Positions 15,047 through 29,642 of a stretch of 64,000 nt of DNA are shown here, piece after piece (positions within the stretch are counted from its first letter, which is position 1; every line of letters starts with the position of its first letter). Source of the stretch: Eledone cirrhosa (Eukaryota). The DNA lies in assembly GCA_964016885.1 (NCBI GenBank), contig OZ024743.1, positions 301,134,001-301,198,000 of the forward strand, given 5' to 3'. Position numbers and translations under genes: made by a program. A model generated the notes under the pieces. The model saw only the letters and a program-made list of their open reading frames with translations, did not search any database and was not told the origin of the DNA.

Positions 15047-18000
15047 CAAATAAGTAGCGTGAACGCTTACAATACGATAAGATAAGAATAGTGACACCAT
15101 TACTCACTCGCATACACGGGCACGAGTTGTCGATCTCCTGGGAATTGATTACTGAAACATCATCTCGATGAGGCGAACAACAACATGAAGAAGAAGAAGA
15201 AGAAGAAGAAGAAGAAGAAGAAGCCAACAATGTCAATATGCATGCATATTTTCCGACGCACTACTTCTTCCACCAATCCAGCCCATATTTTGGTGCTTGA
15301 AGGGATGAAATAAGAAATTAAACTCGGCTGGATGTTAAAGTATAACAGAAAGTATATAATTCAGTGGCGAAAAATTGTACCTGTTACACCATGCAACCCG
15401 AACCCACTATGATACTATCAGTCGCGAATATGGAATTCATATGAACTGCATGCAATATGTAATAACATTCATACCAATACACTTTCTGATCAATAATTTA
15501 CCGTAATTATTTGGAGGATGGTATTTGTTCTCGTCCAATTGAACTACAGCAGTATTTTTTCTTTCAGCATCTTCAATATTAATTGCTACTTCATATGTAA
15601 ATATTGTAGGAGTTATATAGAAAAATGTATTTATAGATTTAAAGTGGAGGGAGAAAATTGAGTTCCTATTTAAATTTAAAACAATTCTAGTAACTATCAA
15701 TAATACACACTTACATAACCACGCGAAAGTGATTCGATATACAAACGGCGGTCTTCCTGCATCTGTTTTGAAAATGGAATTTACCTAAAAGAATTGTTTA
15801 CAAATTGTTGCCTGACAATATAATATAAAAACATTGTAGAAATTATGTTTGTTTGTGTTAAATTAAATCGCCATTGCTTAATGTTCCCAAATGGAAAGGA
15901 TGGAAGGTATGTAAGAGCAGGGTAGGTGGTCCTTCCAAACCTAAACTAGCTACGGTTGCATAATTTACAACCTTACAAATTGTCGTGCTGAAAATGACAT
16001 AAATAGCATTGCTGGCTTAAAGGCTGGTCAATCGTTTCAAATTTACGCTGAGAAATGGAAATTGCTTTCTCCTGCGTTTAAAAAGGACAACAAATTATTT
16101 TACAACATTCAGAGTCAAATCAACTTTCCTTGATATATAGCTATAATAATTTAAAGAGGGCGATAATTCCTTCGTTTATGTTTGGTAGGTTACTTTGCGT
16201 ATTTCACTCTATGAAGTTAAACGATTTATAACGAAGTCGAATATACACAAACGGTTATTATAGATAATCTAAAGAAATATGATCGAATATACCAAGCAGT
16301 ATGCAACCGCCTAATAATACCCATGGTTGCGAGAAATGTTTGTATTACGAATGTCACAGTAAGAATAACGTCGTTACAATGGTTAAGTTAAATTGTATCG
16401 CAGTACTGCCTAAATTAGAATCAAATGGAGCGTCTGTACATAATCATGAGTCCTACGAGAAGAGTAAACCTCATGGATTCAAGGTTGGGTGCATTTCTTT
16501 GCGTGGTATTAATAATAGTCCTGTTGGTGTGATATACATTTCAAACTTCGCAGTATAATTCGACATTTAGGAACGGTTTCAAAGTAGCATTTAAATTACA
16601 AACGCGTCTAACAATCATATAGTCTAGTGAATCGCGATGAGGGCTGGTGGAATTACTACAAAGCAACTGAAAATAACGCTGTTTTTTTCAATGGGCTGAA
16701 ATAGATGCTGGATTTTCCAATGTCCGATTTAAAATTTCGATATTTCAGCAGAACATCGAAAGGTAACATAATTTTACTATTATGCTGCTCAAATCGAACA
16801 AGCAAGAGAGTTTCTGCGTAGACACCAATCTTTCTAGAACGGCAAAATTGATGAGTAGTTACACTAGAATATGTAGGAGCAGGTATATCAAATTATGGGG
16901 TCACGGCTGGAATCAGTTTACTCGATGATCGGCAGAGCTCGGTTTGACTTGAGGAATTAAAAGAAATAACCAATAACTGAGTTCTAAATGAACATAGTAG
17001 CACATGGCAGGTACATTTTCGATATTATTGTAACATAGAATATATTCTGCTAATACAGAATTTACCTCTATCTCGTCAAATATGATAAAAAAAAGGCGTG
17101 TTCACCTCTAAAACAAATGATTTCCTGATCCATTTCTTGCGATACACAAACATTATTTTTTCATTCAAAAATTCTGCCAATTTATCATAATTAACTTTCC
17201 ACCCACTTCTAATCGTTACAGACCTTATCATAAGTTCGACATTCAAGCTAGATTTGCCATCTACCACGAATAAATAATGGTCTATTTGAATCAATCTCAG
17301 TGCGTGAGAAACATTTTGATGTTTATCATCACAATTTGCTTGACATATTCCATATCTAATTTATCGTTTTTGTTTCTTAATAATTATCTATAATTGAATA
17401 GGGATCCGATTTTAATATTTATTCCTCAAATAGTACACTATGTGCAATAAAACAAACGACTAATAAGTGGCTTGACTTGTTACTTTAAACATTGGAATTA
17501 AATGATACTTAGTGTAAAATCACAATTTTACTACAAGTTGGTTTGTCTTTTATACAATACAAATATTGTTTAACTTTCTTGTGATCTGAATAAACAAACA
17601 ACATAAATTAATACATTACGTTTCGTTGACTATTTCAAAATATGTAATATAGCATATTCTATCAAAAATATTTTAATCTAGAATTTCATCATTCATGTCT
17701 TTTATTCAACACAAGTGCTGACTATTGTAGGAAAATGCATTTGAATAATAAAAATAAAAGAATGAAGAAACACGACGTTTTTCTGATGGATAAATTAAAA
17801 TCAAATTTGTCCAATATTTTGATCAGACCAACATATATATATGTATGATACGCAGTTGAACATGTATTTTACCTTATATTCCGACACAACAACTCTTTGC
17901 CAATTTATTGTAATTTGCCGATTGCGCTTATGATATGGTATTAATGATTACCAGAAATTATTTTTTAAATGATAATTTTGGTATCTCGCAATATCAAATT

Positions 18001-19227
18001 TTAATATAAATTGTGAATTTGAGGGGATCAAGATTCTAGATTATGAATTTCGGCGAATGACTTAATCGCCTCCTGTCGAAGGACTTAATCGCCTCCTATT
18101 CAAAGGGACCACCGATCGACTTTGGCAATCATCGTTCATGGGCTTATAAAATAATTCATTGCGTTTGCTTCAGCTCTCTGTAAATATGTGACATGTCATC
18201 TACGTTAATAATCCTACATTTCTGACTGAAACTAATTTGCTTCTCTGGTGAAAGCAATTGATCCACTGTAAATGTCAGCGGAATTTGTTGCCAGGCATAT
18301 TGGCAAGTCAAATGCTTAGAAATCATGCTCTTCACCTGAGATGAAGGTAATAGAGAATGTCTTGTTGCTTATCTCGCAGCAAAAGATACACAAATACGTG
18401 TAACCCACTCGTTCTGCACCTAAACAATTTAGGTTTCAATCAATTGTTAAACTTTGTAAAGTTTTCCTTTTATTTCAGGCTTAAATTAGGATAGGACGGA
18501 TGTTGGTGTGGATATCTCTCGGTTGGAAATATCTAAACATCTATGCTGGCTAAGTCAATATTGATTATATGAAAACTCCAGGTCAAGTTGTTCTTAACAG
18601 TTTATCTAATGTTTCTGGTTCTGTTCAATGTCACAAAGGTTTCAACTGAGGAAGATAATATGGTAACTTTAGTGCATACAATTTTCTAAAGAGTGTGTGA
18701 AGTCCCGAGCAGATACCGTCAGAGTTATTAGACTATATTGCTCCTAAATATATCTACTTCGCATCTCATTATGAATTAGCTTAAACTTTAATTAGAGTTC
18801 TTTCCTAGCACACACTTCATTTACATATGTATATGTACATATATATATGCATAGTGTTTCGTGCTTAAATTGCGAGTCAGATTTTTGAGACATTACCTGT
18901 TTGAAGAAATTGTTAGAGATAAATATTCTTTTTTATTAGAACAAGTCACATTCTCTATTGTTTACATTCTAAACACATTATAATGTGCAATATATAAAGT
19001 GATTCCAGTTAAGAAGGAATTCACGAATGACAGTCATGTCGACAGGAAAATGGAGATTAAAATAGTGGTGTTAATGATCGACTTCAAAATCTCAAGGTAA
19101 ACGTGAATTGTTGATGCTATTGCGGTTTACCTATCTCACCAAACTTGAAAACGTGCCCATGATTAATGTGATTGTTCATTTCTCTATTGTATACATTTAT
19201 ATAGCATTCTAATAATTGATAAGTATT

Positions 19228-19322
19228 ATCTTTGCCTTTCATTCCTATAAGGTCGATAAAATGAAGTACCAGTAATACACTGCATAATAGCTGGCGTTGT
19301 GCCAAAAGTAGAAACAATTATT
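19228..19322 (+). mobile_element. Partial SINE (same family as 14853-15046)
   Basis: ttgcctttcattcctataaggtcgataaaatgaagtaccag..gtgccaaaagtagaaacaatta. Confidence 0.7.
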
Positions 19323-20599
19323 TGTAAGTGCTAATGTTTTAGACATATGAATGCCTATCACTTGAATGCAACTTTTACTATAGTAATTGCCTCTAAATGG
19401 GTGTTCAATACGTAGAGAATGGTGGCCACACATTCCAGAATCCACACATTTTGCTCCTAAATAATACAAGGGATATATTGTAGAAATAACAGTTTATAGT
19501 GTCACATCATTCTATATATATAACCCGATTGAACAATGTACTGCCAAGTTGCAAATCTTCCAAGAGAAACTAAAACTTCACCACTCGTACAGCAATATTT
19601 CCTAGATTTGGAAGATGAAATAACATGCTTAAAGGGGAAATCAGTAATTTTGTCCATATTTTAGATTTCTTTAAAAACCATTATTGCAAATATTCGATTA
19701 TAAAATTTGACAAATCTACGCTTAAATAAACAATTGTCAGTCTGAATCAGAGCAAAGCGGAAGCAAGTATATGAAGATGTACGTGTCAAAATGAACACAT
19801 AATGTTTGCACAGTAACATTTACATACACACATAGATATACAAATAAATAATCAGGCACCCACATTCTCAAATATTCAAACTCGCAAAAATAAAGACAAA
19901 AAACAAACTCACACACACAAAAAGAGAAAACCTAAGACATCATATGCATATGAATAGATATCTTTATATACGCACGCACACATACACACACACATACACA
20001 CAAATACATACACACACACACACAATTGAAATACAGAAAATATTATTTCAGATAAACAGAGAGCTTTACTCTTTATCAAACATATGCACACACAACAGAA
20101 TAATGTTGATGTATGCATAGGCAAAGATAGGGACATGTCAGTGTCACTTATACTCTTACACGGACGTATAGACTCACTTACATTCACACCCGTACATGTA
20201 CGCAGAGACGCATACATGCCTTTACACAGAAAAATGCTCATATATGCAATTATTAGGTCTTATTTCGACGTTCCTGGGTCATTTTTTTAAATTTCCGTTA
20301 AAATTTAATCAATGAACAACAACTTTTGGAATAATATTTATTTTTAAAAAGTTAATTGCTTTGGCTAAATAGATTTATCTAATTTTAAAAAAAAATAACA
20401 ATAGAACTATATTGGTAAGGTATATATACATGCAGAAACAACATCTGAATATTTCTACAAAGAACATACCCGTCCGGTTGCAACGCTTTTTTAAATATCC
20501 ACTTCTGCGTTTACAGATTGACTTTGTTAGTTTCAGAAGATCCCGTTAAGGGTGAAAGCAGCGATTCTTTCCTTAAACTTTAATCTGTTATTTTAATAA

Positions 20600-20792
<193 letters not shown>

Positions 20793-20892
20793 TGTATATA
20801 TATATGCATATATACGTATATAAATATACATATATATATGTATACATATTTATATATATACATATATATATATAAATATCTCTATATATATA

Positions 20893-20944
<52 letters not shown>

Positions 20945-20960
20945 TATATATAGAGATATT

Positions 20961-20994
<34 letters not shown>

Positions 20995-21052
20995 AATATG
21001 TATACATATATATATGTATATTTATATACGTATATATGCATATATATATACA

Positions 21053-21086
<34 letters not shown>

Positions 21087-21152
21087 TGTATATATATATG
21101 TACATATAGATATATAGATATATATATATATATATATACATATATATATAGT

Positions 21153-21365
21153 AACGAGTAAGACCCCTACGGCTGAGCTCAAGCCGTTTCAACGGCTAAT
21201 TCTGGACTTAAAAAAATGCATTTTTTTTAGTCCAGAATTAGCCGTCGAAACGGCTTCAGCTCAGCTGTCGGGGTCTTACTCGTTCCTATTACCCGCTCTA
21301 CTACCCTAAGTATTCAGTACTTTGGTGCGTTATGGTCTACTTGGTTCCTTACCACATTTCCTTCG

Positions 21366-21368
<3 letters not shown>
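21153..21368. mobile_element. PLE terminal hairpin (centre ~21218) with 3' half HHR and unpaired tail
   Basis: 21153-21215 pairs with 21221-21284. Tail runs 21285-21368. Lies inside (TA)n. Confidence 0.8.
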
Positions 21369-21457
<89 letters not shown>

Positions 21458-21487
21458 ACAACAAAAGATGGTTAAAAGACTTCCATG

Positions 21488-21558
21488 TATTTTATTATGC
21501 GCATTTCAAAAACAAATATCATCATGCAATAATATTTGTGTTTTCATCAGATAAAACA
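21488..21558 (-). ncRNA. Intact minimal type I hammerhead ribozyme
   Basis: UGUUUUAU-CUGAUGA-AAACACAAAUAUUAU..AUGAUAUUUGUUUUU-GAAA-UGCGCA-UA-AUAAAAUA. 8-bp stem I and palindromic stem III. Confidence 0.85.
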
Positions 21559-22550
21559 GGAGGACATGATATGAAGGTTAAAAAACAGTTGTGGATAGTT
21601 CAGTTTTAAATCAACATATGAGAAATAGTTTTAGATTGATGTGTGATATTGGGAAAAATAATTTATTTAGAGGTGGGGGGTGAAAAAAAAGAAGGAGATG
21701 AGAGTGAATGTGGAGAAGGAGGAGCATAATGGGGAAGGATGAGATAGGAGGAGAGATGGGTGATAGAGAGAGAGAGATAGCTTTTATAACTGAGAAAGAT
21801 ATATTGTTTTACATAGAGAGGTTGAAAACCGTTGGAAGATAATGTATAAATTAAAAGAATTTGAAAATTAACGGAGAGAAAAATAATGTAAAGTTAAGGT
21901 TTGTATATTGATGGGTTTGATAATATGTGCGAAGAAAAAGAAAGATTTAATATGTATTTAGAATAATGAGTTAGATGATAGGGAGAAAAGATAATGAATT
22001 GAGGATGAATAATCTGACGTCAAAAAAAATGTATATGTTTACGAAGGATTTTTACAAGGTGATATAGAGTAAGAATGTGTTGTATTATGTAATAATTGAT
22101 TCTATGTTAGGCAAGAGTGAGAAAAGGTACAGATTAAGGGTTAGATATTAGAAGAGAAGAAAAGGAAGTGATAAATATGGGTGATGTAGAAAGAATAAAC
22201 AAGTATTATAGAATTTGAAAATTAACGAAGAGAAAAATAATGTAAAGTTAAGGTTTGTATATTGAAGGATTTGATAATATGTGCGAAGAAAAAGAAAATG
22301 TTAATATGTATTGAGAATAATGAGTTAGATGATAGGGAGAAAAGAATAATGAATTGAGGATGAATAATCTAGCGTCAAAAAAAATGTTTATGTTTACGAA
22401 GGATTTTTAGAGTAAGAGTAATGAGTAAACAAGTATTATAGAATGTATAATAACCTTTGAAATAAGGTAGAAAGATGGGTATATTTTTAAAAGAAGTGTA
22501 TATATATGTGCCTTTGAGAAAAAGATTCTAAATTGATAAAAAATTGAATA

Positions 22551-23920
22551 TTAGCTGTATACTTTGTGAAATGTTTTATGGAATTTATGCAAGCAGATAG
22601 AAAACAAGTCAGTGCGTCTATTTATTATAGAATCTAGATTAGAGATAATGGTAAATTTTTCATTTAGACAGAGATTGCAGATTTTAGATAGAGAACTGTT
22701 CAAGTATAAAGACTCAGAAGAAACCTTCTTCCAAAAGATGTTATATTTAATGTTTTTGTCTTTCAAGGACCATATGAGTTCTGAGAGAGCCGTGTTGGTT
22801 CTTTTAAGTTTGTATTTAAAAGACAAATGATGGTTATAAAGACGAGCTTTAAAAGAGGTGGAAGTGGAGCCAGAATAGGAGAAGGAATTGGTGTCAGTTA
22901 TAACTTTACATTCGTAAATTAAGTTTTTATCAAGACAGTGGTTGTTGAGAGGACATTTATTTTTAATAGGGCAATTGTAATTGCAATTAGAGAGATTATT
23001 AATGAGTGACCTAGTGTTATCCATAGAAGGAATTGGATTGGAGAAGTTGTTTGCGATAGGAATAATAGTTTCTTGATTTAGAATGGGATTATGAACATTT
23101 AGCGAAGTTGTGTTTGACGTTGTATTTGGGTTTGTAGAAATTAGCCTAGGGTTTACAATGACGTCGGGAATACTATTATTATGAAATTCAGTATTGGAAG
23201 GAAGAGATTTAGTATTTAGTATTTTATTGTTGTGTTTAGAGATAATGTTGGAAATGTTGGAGGATGTAGAACAAGAAAATTTTATGGTGTGTTTGTTAAA
23301 TATTTTACTATAGATATGTGAGGGAGGGAGGCATTTATTTAAGGCACTACAGAATAATTTAGGAATATTGTTATTAATAGAGATGGAGAAAGGAGCATTA
23401 TACCAGATTATGTTTTTGTATCTAGTTCTTTTATTAAAGTTATTGGAATGATCATGATTAATTATTCTACTGTAAGTTTTTCTAGAATTTGTTTCTTTAC
23501 TATATTTGATTTTATCAGGATAGCCGGCTTTAGAAAGCGCGTTATTATAGTAGTTGGCGTTAGCATCAAATATGTTTTTATTAGAAGATAGGTTAGATAT
23601 TATTTTTCCAATATTACTAACTATAGCATTCTTGATATTAGTAGGATGGTTAGGTTTAAAGTTAACATAATTTAGGTTCTCATTGTTTTTATGGTAAGGG
23701 TAATATAGGCCAGTGTCAAGATTAAGAGATACATCCAAGAAATTAGCTAGCTTGATACTGTTATGAAATTCAATTTTTAGGTTATGTTGGTTAAATAGAT
23801 TACGTATATTGTTCTTAATAATATTAAGGTTAACTATATTGCAATTTAAGATAGTAAAGAGTCCATCGTCACGATAAATTCCACCGCGAAGTTGAGGAAT
23901 TTTCCGACTCAAAGAATTCA
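22551..23920 (-). pseudogene. PLE polyprotein C-terminal part (RT motif C to thumb, GIY-YIG-like endonuclease)
   Basis: GIYRDDGL, NFLDVSLNL, IIWYNAPFS, CPLNNHCL..NLIYEC..YSGST..FKARLYNH, CNLCLNEK. The first ~20 aa of the ORF-track call come from the inverted terminal copy. Confidence 0.85.
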
Positions 23921-24097
23921 AAATAAATGCGTATAATAAAATAAATGCGCATAATAAAATACATGGACCTCTTTTAACCATCTTTTGTTCTTATATATTA
24001 TGTATACTCCAGTCCTACCAACTGTAGAGTGCTTCTTATCCGATATCTGCATTGCTTTATTGTACTACAATAAAACTCACCTCCTACATATATATAT

Positions 24098-25418
24098 GCA
24101 AAAGTTTCATTTAAAATTGTTGGGTTACAACACGTAAATATTTTATAACTGATATAAAGCACTCAACAAGTTTTGGAGTAGATATACGATATTAAACAAA
24201 TGGAAACTATATTTATAAAACCATATTTATTTCATTATACATATTTTGGGGATACCATATTAAAAATGTAGCATGCCTTCTTCAGATAAAATACAATATA
24301 TAAACAGTTTTATAAATAATTTTGACGTACCATAAATATTTATCAACTTTTATGTAAGAAGTTGGTTTGGTAGTGAAATGTTTATAAATATTTAGTGTTA
24401 AGCACAGTTAAAAAGAAAGACGGAGAAAATGAAGAAACGTATGTAAAGAAAAACAGAGAGAAATAGAGAGAGATAGGGGAGAGAGAAATAGTCAGGAGGT
24501 GAAAAAAGAGAAGCAGCTGAGGCAACAGATGAATAATAATAATTCATCATACAAATTGAGAGATTTAGGAGGGAGGGAATACAGTACTTATTTAGTTATA
24601 GTGTTAAGGAGACGGAGAGAAATAAAGAATGAAGAGAAAACAGAGAGAGAGAGAGAAAGATAGAGGTGGGGGGAAAAAAGAGGTAGACCAAATAATAATT
24701 ATTATTATATATGGGGAGGTGAGAGAAATAGGAGAGAAGTAAGAGAGAAAACAAGAGAGCGACTCGAGAGGCAAAGTTAAAATAACCGATACTTAGACTT
24801 CATCAAATATAAAGAGGGAGGAGAAGAAAGAGCTATATCTAGAGAGAGGGATGATAGATTTACACCTTTACGTTATGTCCTATCAATTTGAATTATCAAT
24901 TCATATGAATTGGGTATTATAATGTAAATATCAATATTCATGAATGAGACATAGATATATAATGTGTGAAAAATAACGACCATGTGTTTAGTTTAACATT
25001 CTGAGGTCGATGTACCAAAAACTGAGATAAAACTTCAAAAAATACGGAAATATATAAGTATATATGTACTTTCCGGAAAAGGAAAGAAAGAGAAAAAGAG
25101 AAGGTTATCTCAAGTTCTAGTTGATACTATAGACATACCCATGATCTTACGTGATCAACTCTGTAATTTCTTGTTTCACAGAAACAAATTTTCCCTTGTG
25201 TTATAAAAGATTTTACTATATATATATATACATAAAAAAACCAACTTCTTACATAAAAGTTGATCAATATTTATGGTACGTCAAAATTATTTATAAAACT
25301 GTTTATATATTGTATTTTATTTGAAGAAGGCATGCCAAATTTTTAATATGGTATCCCCGAAATTTGTATAATGAAATAAATATGGTTTTATAAATATAGT
25401 TTCCATTTGTTTAATATC

Positions 25419-25420
<2 letters not shown>
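24098..25420. mobile_element. PLE 3' UTR fold-back (arms 24186-24368 / 25238-25420)
   Basis: Arms are reverse complements and match 9398-10085. Degenerate HHRs (YUGAAGA..GAAA). Left tail 24098-24185. Confidence 0.8.
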
Positions 25421-25474
<54 letters not shown>

Positions 25475-25476
<2 letters not shown>

Positions 25477-25820
25477 CGACCACTCTCTCTCTGTCCATAA
25501 TGCCTTCCGCTGCACCTCATCCAACGTAGTCTACGGATATGGCTGCAGGGAGTGCAGCGCAACCTACGTCGGACAGACTGGACGTCGCCTGGCGGACCTG
25601 TTTACCGAACATCTCCGAGATATTCGTCTCAGTGGTAGTTCCCCCATCGCCCGCCACTTTGGTGCCCCTGGACATGCCGCACACACCTCACAGTCTGTGG
25701 CCTACTCCAATGCCACGGAACACCCGCCACTCTCCTCAGAGTCGAACAACGAACCATCTTCACCCTACAGACCCACACTCCCCCTGGCCTGAACTCCCCA
25801 GCCTTATTCCTTTAGCCTTC
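25475..25820 (+). pseudogene. PLE GIY-YIG endonuclease fragment (Neptune-like), missed by the ORF track
   Basis: HNAFRCTSSNVVYGYGCRECSATYVGQTGRRLADLFTEHLRDIRLSGSSPIARHF. Confidence 0.85.
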
Positions 25821-26714
25821 GACCGCCCTACCATCACTGAATTATTTTGTATTATGAAATCCAAAAATATTTTATTAAATAACAGAATAGAGCGATCGTT
25901 ATACTGTAACCATCGCTTGAAATCTACATTTTCATATTACAAACGTTACCAGGATTGCACGCATGTCTCCATCTCCGTTTGATTGTCAAAATACATATTA
26001 ACATTCTCTATTAGTCTTAATTCTATCAACTCTTCTATTCTTTACCATTTAATATAAACTGCTATAGATAAAATGAGATTTCTTAATTCAATTCCCTAAT
26101 GCATATACCAGCAGTCTACCAGCATTGTTGTTATACAGTAACAGTGAAAATCTCCCACTTCCTTACTTGACACTTTATATCTGTATTAATACTACTACAC
26201 CAAACGACCAGCCCTGTCCATTGTTCAATTGGTCAAATATAGATTAAAATAGGCACGCCCAAAAATTCTTATTTACATAAAATAAGCCATATACTCATTG
26301 TATTCTCATTAAAAACCTTCTATATACTTATTTACGAGCAAATTGAATTACCATCTGTCATATACTATCCCCTCTCTTCTTCCTTTCTTACAACTAATAT
26401 AAATACTTCAATTTATCTGATTTTTTTCCAATTTATCCAATATCTCTGAAGAAGTGACAACTGATTATACATTTGCTATCGAATACTTGCTAACATAATA
26501 TAATTACGCAAGCAGGGATACATAGTTATTCCGTCTGTTACAGAAAAATATGTCAATACCTAATAAATTCCTTTATAAAAGCACTTTCATTTTATATTCA
26601 TCTTTTCTACATTTTCTCCGGAAAAGAATTTATACTCGTTGAGCAATCCTACACGTACGCTGTTCATCTCTAACGTGACGATATATTATCACCACGTTAT
26701 TGATAACTTGATAG

Positions 26715-26715
<1 letters not shown>
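25821..26715 (+). mobile_element. PLE (Hydra-type) C-terminus and 3' UTR
   Basis: ELFCIMKSKNILLNNRIERSLYCNHRLKSTF is like the end of ORF 22551. Degenerate long HHR at 26446-26554. Ends at (TA)n. Confidence 0.65.
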
Positions 26716-26796
<81 letters not shown>

Positions 26797-26839
26797 TATA
26801 AATATATATATGTATACATACAGTGCTAGAGAGAGAGAG

Positions 26840-26898
<59 letters not shown>

Positions 26899-27665
26899 AA
26901 GAGAGGGGGGGGGAGACCGAGAGAGAGTGAGATATAGAGAGAAAGAGATAGAGAGAGAGGGAAAGGGAAATATATATTTAGTTACAATGTCCACAACTTT
27001 CGTATATATGGTTGTAAATTGTGTAGTCTCCATAATAAATATTATTTAATATCGTCTTCTTAGTTAATATTAAATCGGTAAAGATATAATGATTTTCTAT
27101 ATTATTTCAATCTAGTTATACTGGAGTATGAATTATTATGTGATAAAATTTACCGATTTCATAATTAAATTATGCTTGTAGAGAACGTTTGATGAACTGC
27201 TAGCCACTGTGAAATCATATGATTATATACTATTACACAGCATCCAAAAGCTTCATTGGAACTCAATACATGATTATTCTATGACTTGTCTAAACATTTA
27301 TCCATATTTGCCAGTATTTGCTCCGTCAATGAACACAACATTTGTGTATATTAAGATGAAACATCTGTGAAAACCCATGTGTCTTTTAGTTCCGAACGGC
27401 TTTGAAATATTTCAAAAGAAGCCATTCGGAGAAACCCTATTTCGGCCGTTTGCATTCTACATCATATATTCTCAATCATTATCCAAGTTTCATGCGCTTA
27501 CTTTAAGATTCCTGGATTCTAGCACGCAAGAAAGCCGCCCCTAGATACTGGAAATACATTACCTGCTTCAATGGAACTCCCTTCACATGTACATGGCACT
27601 GTATAGGCCTCCTTGAGAGATCGAATATTTCAGGCTTCACTGTATATGTGTATATATATATATAT

Positions 27666-28765
27666 AGTGCCTTCCTGCGGTCATGGTTTTCATAGACTTT
27701 AGGAAGGCCTTTGATTCTGTGGACCGTTACTGCCTGATGAAGATCTTACAGGCTTATGGAATCCCCAAGAAGATAGTGGACCTGATATCACTGCTCTACA
27801 CCAACACCAAAGCCCAAGTCATTACACCTGATGGGATGAAGAGTTCTTTGAGATACTGGCTGGAGTGCTCCAGGGAGATACATTGGCTCCCTACCTTTTT
27901 ATCATCGTACTATTGTATGCGCCTTGGACTGGAGAAACACCAGGACTCTGGCTTTACTGTAGCACCGGCTCAGAGCAGGAGAGTTAGGGCGAAAAAGGTA
28001 TCGGATGCTGAATTTGCCGACGACATAATTTTGGTGACAAATACAGTGAAGGAGGCAGAGGATTTGATGCGGGAGGTTGAGATTGTGTCGATGAGTGTGA
28101 GGCTGAGAATGAATGAGACTAAAACAAAATATCTGGTAGAGAATGTTGAGAAGCCAGAGGGGATCACTAATGTAGGCGGGAAGCCGCTGGAATTGGTTGA
28201 GGACTTCCTGTGTTTGGGAGCAAAGATTGGGAATACGGAAGATGATGTGGTTGAGAGGAAGAGCAAGGTCTGGGCGGCGTGCCACAGCTTGAGATCGGTG
28301 TGGAAGTTGGACCTTCGTAGAGACCTGAAAATCCGCCTCTTCATTGCTGTAGTGGCGTCTGTGCTGCTGTATGGGTCTGAGACTTGGACACTGACCAAGA
28401 AACTCACTCAGATGGTGGATGGGTGCTACACGAGAATGCTGAGGATGGCTCTGAACATTAATCAGTATACATTGAGGAGGAAAATCTCAGAGCTGTATGG
28501 GAGCATCCCAAAAGTCAGCTCAAAAGTGACACAGAGGAGACTGAGGTTAGCTGGACATGCTCACCAACATCCAGAGTTGACATTGCACTCAGTACTCCTT
28601 TGGGGTCCCCTACATGGACACACTAGAAGGGGAAGACCAAGGTTAACGTATGTTGATGCCCTAAGGACAGACACTGGTCTGTTGGAGACGCAGGACATGA
28701 CAGCGATAATGAGGGACAGAGACCGCTGGAGAGAACTCGTCCATGGATCTCGGGAACTTTACCCG

Positions 28766-28768
<3 letters not shown>
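27666..28768 (+). mobile_element. 5'-truncated RTE-group LINE RT fragment inserted in (TA)n
   Basis: FIDFRKAFDSV, YGIP, EFADDI, LLYGSETWTL, RRLRLAGH, GRPRLTYVD. Frameshift near 27845. TA on both sides. Confidence 0.88.
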
Positions 28769-28806
<38 letters not shown>

Positions 28807-29145
28807 GATATAGATATAGATATAGATATACACACAGCCCCCCCCCATATATATATATATATATATATATATATGACATTTTCTAGAAACATGGTCTACT
28901 ATTTCATCATCAGATGTTCATACAATTATGAGGTGCAGTTATGCAAGCATGGTGTTATGCCGCTGGTTATATATTACCATGTTGTTGTGATGCGTGTGAA
29001 TAACATTTGTTAGACTAAAACTCCGTCACACCTAATCACCAACACTTAATTGTTCACTGACGTGAAGTAATGCTTTTGAATTGCTTTACTCGATTTATCC
29101 TCGCAGCGATACAACGCTACTTCTACGAATGTTTCTCTACATTAA

Positions 29146-29221
<76 letters not shown>

Positions 29222-29228
<7 letters not shown>

Positions 29229-29625
29229 TATAAGTATTAAAATATAAGTATTAATAAAATAAATGTTCTTTTGATCAATTACATTTTATTATTATACATA
29301 TTTCGGATGTACAACAGTACTTGCTCATCAGACAAAATATAATGATACATGACATACCCTGAGATGTTAAATGGTTAAGATTTAATCTTAACCATTTATC
29401 ATCTCAGGGTATGTCATGTATCATTATATTTTGTCTGATGAGGACGTACTGTTGTACATCCGAAATATGTATAATAATAAAATGTAATTGATCAAAAGAA
29501 CATCTATTTTATTAATGCTTATATTTTAATATTAATAACTCCTGAAAAAGTTTTCGTTGAGTGCTTCCAATCTACTGTAAAACTCATTCTTTGACATAAT
29601 CATCGAATATTGTTTAACAACTTAA
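29222..29625. mobile_element. Near-perfect ~310-bp PLE terminal palindrome (centre ~29382) plus ~95-nt tail
   Basis: 29236-29380 pairs with 29384-29530. One HHR per arm. Flanked by (TA)n. Confidence 0.88.
29431..29477 (+). ncRNA. Minimal type I hammerhead (mirror at ~29289-29335 on -)
   Basis: UUGU-CUGAUGA-GGACGUAC-UGUU-GUACAUCC-GAAA-UAUGUA-UA-AUAA. Confidence 0.8.
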
Positions 29626-29642
29626 TATGTATATATATATAT

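Larger units (their letters stand above)
21450..24090 (-). mobile_element. Penelope-like element (Hydra-type, tentative), 5'-truncated, with short inverted terminal copy 23943-24090
   Basis: ORF below, ~1.1-kb 3' UTR with a duplication (21858-22070 / 22210-22410), HHR at 21488-21558. 21450-21505 is the reverse complement of 23943-24000. Confidence 0.9.

Noticed and set aside
15250-20430. Unique-looking AT-rich stretch as host gene exons
   Set aside because: Short ORFs without recognisable motifs. A candidate exon at ~18279-18346 has stops in all three frames. Faint CR1 (~18480-18690) and mariner-like (~18850-19100) traces are too weak to call. Small exons cannot be excluded without RNA-seq.
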